Assembly: GCA_017881795.1 (NCBI GenBank)
Contig: JADGQM010000001.1
Location: 1 to 49,593, forward strand
Length of the DNA stretch: 49,593 nucleotides
Source: Syntrophobacteraceae bacterium
Lineage (GTDB): Bacteria > Desulfobacterota > Syntrophobacteria > Syntrophobacterales > Syntrophobacteraceae
Direction: 5' to 3'
Numbering within the stretch: position 1 is the first letter of the stretch; each line of letters starts with the position of its first letter. Of this stretch, positions 9,260 to 15,797 are shown piece by piece. The translations under genes were made by a program, and so were the position numbers. The notes beneath the pieces were generated by a model. That model was not told where the DNA came from, did not search any database, and saw only the letters and a program-made list of their open reading frames with translations.

Positions 9260-9288
9260 ACTATAATCTCCTGAATGCAAGATGACAA
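9260..9288 (-). promoter_or_regulatory. Sigma70-like promoter facing the DEAD-box helicase gene
   Basis: On the minus strand: TTGTCA (9288-9283), a 17-nt spacer, then TATAGT (9265-9260). This predicts a leader of about 365 nt before the ATG at 8885. Confidence 0.5.
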
Positions 9289-9419
9289 GGTGTTTTTTTC
9301 AGGAGCATCCCCTTCGTGCCAGCGGACAACGCCGATCCAACAAAAACTGACGGTGGGTCCGGCCTGGCAGAGGCAAGCTCAATCAGCATCTTGGAGATCA
9401 AGCATACTCATGTGCAGAA

Positions 9420-11207
9420 TTATCTACCCCGTGCTTTGCGAAGTCTTATGGATTTCGGGGTCACTTCCACCAGTTCCTCATCGCTGATGTATTCCATGGC
9501 CTGTTCGAGGGTGAATTGGCGTGGCGGGATGAGGCGTAAGGCTTCATCGGTTCCGGAGGCGCGGATGTTGGTGAGCTTTTTTTCCTTGGTGATATTGACC
9601 CAGAGGTCATCCGACCGCGAGTTCTCGCCAACGATCATGCCGGTATAGACGGGATCACCGGGGTTGACGAAGATAGTGCCGCGCGGCTGGAGATGAAATA
9701 TGGCATAGGCCACGGCCCTCCCTTCGCGGTCGGAGATCAGCACCCCATTGGGCCGGCCGGCGATCTCTCCTGCATAAGGCCGGTGGCCGATGAGCAGCGT
9801 GTTCAAGATCCCTGTGCCGCGGGTGTCGGTCAAAAACTGGCTGCGAAAACCAATCAGACCGCGGGAAGTAATTTCAAATTCCAGGCGCACACGCCCGAAA
9901 CCGTTGTTGACCATCTTGGTCATCTGACCGCGGCGACCGCTCAGCATTTCCGTAACAATTCCGACGAACTTCTCCGGAACGTCGATCACAGCAAGCTCCA
10001 TGGGCTCACAAACCTGCCCCTCGACTTCCCGGGTGATGATTTTCGGGTTCGAAAGGGACACTTCAAAGCCCTCCCGCCGCATCGTTTCCACCAGCACCGC
10101 CAGTTGCAGTTCTCCCCTGGCGCTCACCCGGTAGGAATCCCGATTCTCGGCCTGCTCGACCCGGAGGCTCACGTTGTAGAGGAGCTCCTTGTCCAAGCGC
10201 TCCTTGATGTGTCGCGAGGTCAAAAATCGGCCTCCATCTTTGCCCGCCAGGGGAGAGGTGTTGACGGAGAAGACCATCGACATGGTCGGTTCTTCAACGG
10301 TGATGACGGGCAAAGCCCGCGGGTCAGCCAGGTCGCCCAGGGTATCGCCGATAAAAATGTCCTCCACTCCTGCCACAGCCGCTATGTCGCCGGCATGGAC
10401 CACGTCCCGTTCCACCCGATCGAGCCCTTCGTAGGTGTACACCACGCTGAGAGAGGCTTTGCGCGGTGGGGCATCGGCCTTGAGGAGCGCCACCGCCTGA
10501 TTATAGCGCAATTCACCATTAACGACCTTGCCGACGGCGATTCTGCCGACGTAGTCGCTGTGCTGCAGGTTGGTGACCAAAAACTGAAGCGGCGATTCAG
10601 GATCGTATGAGGGTGCGGGAATGGAGGCGAGGATGGCCTCAAACAGCGGGACCAGATCCCTGCCCTGCCCCTCGGGCTCAGTAAGAGCGATTCCGGCCTT
10701 GGCATTCGTGTAGAGCACGGGGAAATCGAGCTGCTCTTCGGTCGCATCCAGATCGATAAAAAGATCGTAAACTTCGTCCAGGACCTCTTGGATGCGCCGG
10801 TCAGGCCGGTCGATTTTGTTGATCACCACGATGGGAGGCAGTCCGCGCGCCAGCGCCTTGCCGAGCACAAACCGTGTCTGCGGAAGCGGGCCTTCGGTGG
10901 CATCCACCAGGAGCATGACGCCGTCAACCATGTTGAGCGTGCGCTCCACCTCACCACCAAAATCGGCATGACCCGGGGTATCCACAATGTTAATTTTCAC
11001 CCCCCGGTAGACGATCGCAGTGTTCTTTGCCATGATGGTGATGCCTTTTTCCCGTTCGAGATCGAGGCTGTCCATCACCCGTTCGGCGACCTGAGCATTG
11101 TCGCGAAAGATTCCGCTCTGCCAAAGCATGGCATCCACCAGCGTGGTCTTGCCGTGATCAACGTGGGCAATAATGGCCACATTGCGCAAATCCTGCCGTA
11201 TATGCAT
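9420..11207 (-). CDS. typA: Translational GTPase TypA/BipA
   Basis: The N-terminus is [17 protein letters not shown] and [14 protein letters not shown]. Length (595 aa) and overall collinearity fit BipA. Confidence 0.97.
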   Translation of the reverse strand: MHIRQDLRNVAIIAHVDHGKTTLVDAMLWQSGIFRDNAQVAERVMDSLDLEREKGITIMAKNTAIVYRGVKINIVDTPGHADFGGEVERTLNMVDGVMLLVDATEGPLPQTRFVLGKALARGLPPIVVINKIDRPDRRIQEVLDEVYDLFIDLDATEEQLDFPVLYTNAKAGIALTEPEGQGRDLVPLFEAILASIPAPSYDPESPLQFLVTNLQHSDYVGRIAVGKVVNGELRYNQAVALLKADAPPRKASLSVVYTYEGLDRVERDVVHAGDIAAVAGVEDIFIGDTLGDLADPRALPVITVEEPTMSMVFSVNTSPLAGKDGGRFLTSRHIKERLDKELLYNVSLRVEQAENRDSYRVSARGELQLAVLVETMRREGFEVSLSNPKIITREVEGQVCEPMELAVIDVPEKFVGIVTEMLSGRRGQMTKMVNNGFGRVRLEFEITSRGLIGFRSQFLTDTRGTGILNTLLIGHRPYAGEIAGRPNGVLISDREGRAVAYAIFHLQPRGTIFVNPGDPVYTGMIVGENSRSDDLWVNITKEKKLTNIRASGTDEALRLIPPRQFTLEQAMEYISDEELVEVTPKSIRLRKARGR

Positions 11208-11277
11208 ATCAATCCTAAAAAATGCTATTGTCGGACAAACTCCCTGGACATTTTACAGCGACGCTGCATGAAGCCGG

Positions 11278-11475
11278 CTATCGGAAATATTCGATGTTCC
11301 CCTGGTCGTCCTTGCGGTAGGCTAGTCGACAGCTAATACATTCGGGCGCACCAAAGCCCGGGTCAATCATTAATTCACAGATCACCTCGCTGCCATCCGC
11401 ATTCCAGTCAACGCATAGCGGAATGAATCCCTTCTCCTTCAACATTTCCCAATGGTTTATTCCCACTTTAGGCAT
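11278..11475 (-). CDS. Hypothetical small protein (65 aa, four Cys)
   Basis: A strong SD (AAAGGAGAATTA) precedes the ATG at 11475. The gene is co-directional with typA and 70 nt upstream of it. I do not recognise a family. Confidence 0.5.
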   Translation of the reverse strand: MPKVGINHWEMLKEKGFIPLCVDWNADGSEVICELMIDPGFGAPECISCRLAYRKDDQGNIEYFR

Positions 11476-11697
11476 TAATTCTCCTTTTTCTTCCTCACAA
11501 CGTTTCTTAAAGGTCGCAAGACCATCGCATGGACCTCACAGAAAGGTCACTGAGCACTTTGCATTCTGTGCACTGAAGGCTGTCGTTTGGACCTTTCACG
11601 TTTTCGTTTATACCCAAGATAAGGAGGTTCATTGACATCCCTGTCACCTAAGGAACTGTCCAAAAACCACCTGCTCTCATTTCAGCCTTTTTTCAAA

Positions 11698-11755
11698 CCA
11701 CGAAGGACACGAAGAGCACGAAGGAATCACTTCGTGCTCTTCGTGTCCTTCGTGG
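11698..11755. repeat. Perfect palindromic hairpin (25-bp stem, 8-nt loop) made of three CACGAAG units and their complements
   Basis: The left arm ccacgaaggacacgaagagcacgaa (11698-11722) is the exact reverse complement of 11731-11755. The loop is ggaatcac. Confidence 0.95.
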
Positions 11756-11953
11756 TAAAAGAATGCCCTTTATTTTTGGACGGCCCCTAACTGGACCCTC
11801 CTCAACATCATCCTCCGGGCCTTCTTTTGCCTTATTTCAGAGACTCGGCCCAAGATGATAACAAAAGTCTCCGCTTCCGACAATGGACCACATGTCATGA
11901 CAAAGCCCATCCCATTCAAAATAATAGATTTCCGTTTCTTCTCTTTTGGCTGG

Positions 11954-12325
11954 CTACATCTGATCGTTCTTCTTATTTTTTCTTGATCGTGTTTTCTTCC
12001 CTGCCATATCTCCCTCACCAGCCTCTGATTCGGCAGCCGCTGCCTTTTCTCGCTTTCTCTGTTCCATGAATTGGATCAGCTTTTCAGGCAAGCCCCTTTT
12101 CTTCGGCGCTTCTTCAGCCGGTGGTTTTGACGATGCTCTGAGAACGGTGACGGTTTCGCCACCGATACCCCAATTGTCGGTTTCCACCTCATCGATCACG
12201 ACAACCGTTGTTTGTGGATTCTTCCCGAGGACATCGGCCAAAAGCTGCGTGACACCCTGGATGAGCAGGGCTTTCTGATCTGAGGTGGCACCCTCTTTGG
12301 TGATTTTGATATTCACATACGGCAT
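11954..12325 (-). CDS. 4-oxalocrotonate tautomerase family protein with a charged Lys/Glu/Ala-rich C-terminal extension of about 55 aa
   Basis: MPYVNIKITKEGAT..QK..LI.GVT.LL...LGKNP.TT.VVIDEV.TDNWGIGGE is the 4-OT fold signature with Pro1. The tail ...KKRGLPEKLIQFMEQRKREKAAAAESE...KKTRSRKNKKNDQM is additional. Confidence 0.8.
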   Translation of the reverse strand: MPYVNIKITKEGATSDQKALLIQGVTQLLADVLGKNPQTTVVVIDEVETDNWGIGGETVTVLRASSKPPAEEAPKKRGLPEKLIQFMEQRKREKAAAAESEAGEGDMAGKKTRSRKNKKNDQM

Positions 12326-12469
12326 GGCAATTCACCTCTTCATTCCGGGGATGACCTGTCTCGGCTGTTAAGTTGTTCTGGGCCCTGGGGGGATTTTATA
12401 CTTTTGCCTGCGGCTCATCTTTCGCTGAGGGACACGGACGACTTATATCCACAACATACCACAAAAGTC

Positions 12470-12496
12470 TTCGGGCCGGATAAAAACCGGCCCGAA
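12470..12496 (-). terminator. Rho-independent-type terminator for the minus-strand small transcription unit
   Basis: The 10-bp GC-rich stem pairs ttcgggccgg with ccggcccgaa around a 7-nt loop. On the minus strand it is followed by gacTTTTgtg. Confidence 0.55.
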
Positions 12497-12533
12497 AAAT
12501 AAAATCAATGAGAAGTGTCTTGGTGCAGTCACC

Positions 12534-12662
12534 TTAGGAAAGGTAATCCTCAGCAACATGACGGCCTTCCAAAAGGATTACCACTTCCTCCAGTTCTTCT
12601 TTTTCTTTGAGAGTTACTGAATCGACAGCTTCTTTTTCTCGTTCTCTGCGCAAGCAGTTCAT
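12534..12662 (-). CDS. Candidate small ORF (42 aa, highly charged; 46 aa if started at 12674)
   Basis: The ATG at 12662 lies 4 nt after GGAGGG. The peptide is MNCLRREREKEAVDSVTLKEKEELEEVVILLEGRHVAEDYLS. It has its own promoter and terminator. It falls below the ORF-track size cutoff, so coding status is unproven. Confidence 0.3.
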   Translation of the reverse strand: MNCLRREREKEAVDSVTLKEKEELEEVVILLEGRHVAEDYLS

Positions 12663-12730
12663 ATCGCCCTCCATATATCTTTATCATGCTCCGGTTTAAG
12701 TTCATGTATAAGTAGCATCATTGTATTGGT

Positions 12731-12758
12731 AATTTAAGCCACAAAACACGTATGTCAA
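12731..12758 (-). promoter_or_regulatory. Sigma70-like promoter in the AT-rich gap
   Basis: On the minus strand: TTGACA (12758-12753), a 16-nt spacer, then TAAATT (12736-12731). Confidence 0.5.
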
Positions 12759-12972
12759 GGGCAGCCAGTGCTATATGCTAAGGATCGATACAAAAAACTA
12801 TAAATCACTCTCATTGCACTGGACAATCTAAATTCTATCCTTATAGTTTTTCCACTTTATCAAAGAGGCGGGTTTCGAGGAGGAAGGAGGAGGATAGTAA
12901 TAATTGTGATCGCTCTTATATCGCCTCTTTGAGAGTTAATATATTTCGGCCATGACATCTCGGATGAGACGC

Positions 12973-13803
12973 TTACTTCGTTGCGAAAGCCCGCTCAAAT
13001 GGACCGATAAACCTTTGCTCTCGCGACCGATCCACAATGGCAAAAATAACCTGTCGGTAGGCTCCCTTGAAATTTTGTTCAAGTGCCTTTAGGAACAACG
13101 CAGCGATTTCGTGGCCGTCGTTACCGAATGCTCCACAGCCCCATGCTCCAAGAACGATGGCATCGTGGCCATGTTTCACCCCAATGGATAGCACCTTGAG
13201 GATGCGCAGCCACATAGCGGGACCAATCTCACCCTTCCTCTCAAGGACCATCTTCGTGGCATTTACTGCCGGGCACGTGATGATTCCCACCGTGTAAGGT
13301 TCGTCGAGAAGGCTACCGTCATCTGCGCGAAAAACCGGTACATCGGGGGAATAGATTGCGTAATTCGTGTAAAGCGGGTCACGGTGTGAGCGGTGAAACG
13401 CATACATGGCATTGTCTTTGATACAGGCATAAAGTACGGACGATCTGGCCAGGTACTCCTCCTGTGCTCTGGCGCCACCGAGAAAGCCACCGCCCGGATG
13501 GATCGCCGAAGCGAAGTTGAGTACTGCCGGTCGACACTCTTCGGCGATCAGACGGCGTGCAGCCTCAAGAGTTGTCATGTTTTGGACCGAAATCGTTGTT
13601 TGATGGCACCCCCTCGCGGAGTCCTCAAAGGGCTGGCCAGGGGGATAAGAGATCGTTTCATCGACTGATCGTCTTACCATCTGTGCGATTCTCACGACTC
13701 GCCCCGAAGGCGCCAGGTATTCTCCTGACTTGGTGATTTCGACTGCCTGGCGGCCGTACTCAGCAGCCAACTCGCGGGATATTTTGTTTCTGAAACTGCT
13801 CAT
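12973..13803 (-). CDS. Bacterial-type poly(ADP-ribose) glycohydrolase-like macrodomain protein (TIGR02452/DUF2263 family)
   Basis: The PARG signature GGG-X7-QEE is present (HPGGGFLGGARAQEEYL), together with LNFAS and ITCPAVN blocks. The ATG at 13803 is preceded by GGAGA. The ORF-track start at 13872 is a TTG. Confidence 0.8.
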   Translation of the reverse strand: MSSFRNKISRELAAEYGRQAVEITKSGEYLAPSGRVVRIAQMVRRSVDETISYPPGQPFEDSARGCHQTTISVQNMTTLEAARRLIAEECRPAVLNFASAIHPGGGFLGGARAQEEYLARSSVLYACIKDNAMYAFHRSHRDPLYTNYAIYSPDVPVFRADDGSLLDEPYTVGIITCPAVNATKMVLERKGEIGPAMWLRILKVLSIGVKHGHDAIVLGAWGCGAFGNDGHEIAALFLKALEQNFKGAYRQVIFAIVDRSREQRFIGPFERAFATK

Positions 13804-13907
13804 TGCTTGTCTCCGGATATCCGCTGAAGTAGTATACTTCCCTTGTCGCTTTATGGAATCTACCAAATCCAAAAGGGTCTTGCACTTTCGTTTTTGAGGA
13901 ATGACTG

Positions 13908-14192
13908 ATGACTGTCACCAAAGCCCACATCATTGAAAATCTCTTCTCCAAAAATTTGTTCACAAAAACCGAATCAGCCCACATCATCGAAACCCTATTC
14001 GAACTGATTAAGCAATCGCTTCAAAATGGTGAAGATGTGATGATTAGCGGGTTTGGGAAGTTCTCTGTGAAAGAAAAACAGCAGCGGAGAGGCAGGAATC
14101 CCCAAAGTGGTGAGCCGATGACTGTCTCTCCTCGACGAGTGGTCACGTTCCACTACTCAGCAGTTTTGAAAGAGAAGATGAATCAAGCATAA
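13908..14192 (+). CDS. ihfA: HU/IHF family DNA-binding protein, IHF-alpha-like
   Basis: GFGKFSVKEKQQRRGRNPQSGEPMTVSPRRVVTF is the beta-arm signature. Size is 94 aa, and GAGGA lies 7 nt upstream of the ATG. Confidence 0.85.
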   Translation: MTVTKAHIIENLFSKNLFTKTESAHIIETLFELIKQSLQNGEDVMISGFGKFSVKEKQQRRGRNPQSGEPMTVSPRRVVTFHYSAVLKEKMNQA

Positions 14193-14316
14193 CTTTGAGG
14201 CAGGTTTGTCAGGCTTTGAATACGTGGGGATTGGGAAATTCAATGTCGCCACCATGCGGCATACTGAACACCGGTCTTCCAGTCGATCAAGCCTTGCCAG
14301 TATTCCCTGAGCAATT

Positions 14317-14628
14317 TCAGAGCGTTTTGGAGGGGTCTCTATCTTCCCGCCCATGCCAGACCCTAACAATGAGGATGTAATCGTCGGTAACTGTGTAGCG
14401 CATCCAGTAACCGGCCTGCCCGAAGGGGATAAATAAATCTCTCAGGTGGGGCCGGTCAATGTCCAACACGGGGCGACCAATCTTGGGAAGCTCCTGTAGT
14501 TTGTGTGCGGCTTCACGAATCCGTTTCGCTGCCCGTTGAGCCGCATCCGGGTTATGAACGCGGATAAAATCACGTAGGCGGGCTAAATCCGACAGGGCTT
14601 CGGGAAGCCATTTCAGGGAACGGGACAC
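14317..14628 (-). CDS. RelE/ParE family toxin
   Basis: ParE-like sequence: LPEALSDLARLRDFI...A.RAAKRI.EA...L...P.IGRP... and the C-terminal ILIVRVWHGRE. The GTG at 14628 lies 4 nt after GGGGGAGGG and overlaps the antitoxin's 3' end by 16 nt. Confidence 0.8.
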   Translation of the reverse strand: MSRSLKWLPEALSDLARLRDFIRVHNPDAAQRAAKRIREAAHKLQELPKIGRPVLDIDRPHLRDLFIPFGQAGYWMRYTVTDDYILIVRVWHGREDRDPSKTL

Positions 14629-14885
14629 TTGCCCTCCCCCTCTGTTCCCCATGTCTCGAGCCACGCCTCAACCGCTTCATGGCTGACCGCCTCGCCGGTT
14701 GCTTCAAAGCGGGCCCAGCGTTCCAAGGTATCCTGCCGGATGTGTTCAGCTTCCTCTTCGCGCTCAAGAAATTGCTGGATAGCTTCCTTCATCAGCCAAT
14801 GCGGTGATCGTCGTCGGGCTTCGCCCAGAACTTTCAGTCGGTTGTAGGTTTTCTCGTCCAGTTTTACGGCTTTGCTTGTCATCAA
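14613..14885 (-). CDS. Ribbon-helix-helix (CopG/ParD-like) antitoxin
   Basis: The N-terminus KAVKLDEKTYNRLKVLGEARRRSPHWLMKEAIQQFLEREE is an RHH pattern. The gene sits immediately upstream of the ParE-like gene and overlaps it. Confidence 0.8.
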   Translation of the reverse strand: MMTSKAVKLDEKTYNRLKVLGEARRRSPHWLMKEAIQQFLEREEEAEHIRQDTLERWARFEATGEAVSHEAVEAWLETWGTEGEGKCPVP

Positions 14886-14906
14886 TCACCCCTGTGAGTA
14901 GTGCTA

Positions 14907-14946
14907 AGTAATACTAATTCATACCACTGATCGCTAGCCTTCTCAA
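14907..14946 (-). promoter_or_regulatory. Promoter plus palindromic operator candidate for the toxin-antitoxin operon
   Basis: On the minus strand: TTGAGA (14946-14941), a 17-nt spacer, then TATGAA (14923-14918). The palindrome AGTATTACT (14915-14907) lies just downstream. Confidence 0.45.
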
Positions 14947-15142
14947 GTTTCTTTTTCCTAATTAGCCGGTTTTTTGGGCATTCATAGGCACTGACAGGCG
15001 AAAGCAATAACCGAATTTGGTTAGGGCAAGGTAAGAAGGAGACTTGCTGTAAAGCCGATTCTTGCTCATCTTCGGGGTCCAATTTGTGTAACCAGCCGAA
15101 GATGAGCAGTTTGCACCGGGAAACCTAGTCACGGTGCGCTAA

Positions 15143-15496
15143 TGGTGGAGGCGGCGGGAGTTGAACCCGCGTCCGAAAGCATTCCACTCAGGTTCCTACA
15201 TGCTTATCCCGTATTTTGATTTTCACCCTGAAAGGCTCCCACGGGCAGGATCCCGCCAGGATTAGCCCGCTTAATTTCATCCCCGGTCGCACAGGCAACT
15301 GACCAGGAACCATCTCACTGAGTCGACGCCCCGTTAGCCCCGTGAGAAGTGACTAAAAGGACGGTAGCCGCCTATGCGGCTACGGCGTACGCGTAATCGT
15401 CTGCGTTTGTCTTTAGACCCTGTCCGTTTTACGAGCAGGCAGGACCTCGGCATGCAACCTAAGCTTCTTTACCCCCGTCGAACCCGTTTCGCCCCC
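15143..15496 (-). ncRNA. ssrA: tmRNA (SsrA)
   Basis: The minus strand begins GGGGGCGAAACGGGTTCGACGGGGG and ends GGACGCGGGTTCAACTCCCGCCGCCTCCACCA. The tag reading frame GCA GAC GAT TAC GCG TAC GCC GTA GCC GCA TAG (15404-15372) encodes ADDYAYAVAA. Confidence 0.97.
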
Positions 15497-15526
15497 TTTC
15501 TTGAAATATTAAACTCTTCAAGGTTG

Positions 15527-15554
15527 ATTTTAGCCTCTCGCATTGAAAAGTCAA
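15527..15554 (-). promoter_or_regulatory. Sigma70-like promoter candidate for ssrA
   Basis: On the minus strand: TTGACT (15554-15549), a 16-nt spacer, then TAAAAT (15532-15527). This leaves a short leader before the mature 5' end. Confidence 0.5.
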
Positions 15555-15797
15555 GCACGGCGCCGCGGTGTCGGAAATTCCGAGGGGCGGGAATTTGACT
15601 CCCCTCTCAGAAGCGAAAAAATTACGAGAAATCTCCTGCGCGTCCAGGGCCACCTTGCACATCACCACTTGTCCTGCTATTTTCGTTTGGTCCCGGTATC
15701 CGCAGCGGATGCCGGAGGTTCGGGAGTAATGAGAAAATCAGCAGAAATGGTGGAAGGCTATGATTCCGGGTTCTTCGGGCCGTGAGGTCCACGCGTG

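Noticed and set aside
9262-9267. A perfect TATAAT on the plus strand in the typA-helicase spacer
   Set aside because: No acceptable -35 lies 16-18 nt upstream, and there is no plus-strand gene downstream. The overlapping minus-strand TATAGT has a good -35 and a gene to drive.
11632-11790. A 52-codon TTG-initiated ORF 4 nt downstream of AGGAGG that reads through the 58-nt palindrome (…KPRRTRRARRNHFVLFVSFVVKE…)
   Set aside because: The Arg-rich-then-hydrophobic peptide is simply what translating a CACGAAG palindrome gives. The SD-start spacing is short and the start is TTG. A 25-bp perfect stem would block ribosomes. I kept it only as a remote possibility.
11423-12278. ORFs 11423-11635(+), 11770-12018(-), 11827-12069(+) and 12066-12278(+)
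   Set aside because: They overlap, or lie antisense to, the small typA-upstream ORF and the tautomerase gene. They have no RBS and low-complexity translations.
11476-15142. A search for attL/attR-type duplication of the tmRNA 3' end, and for an integrase, to prove a genomic island
   Set aside because: By eye I found no second copy of the ssrA 3'-terminal sequence (for example ggagttgaacccgc) and no integrase or recombinase ORF. The island interpretation stays a hypothesis only and is listed as a finding with that caveat.
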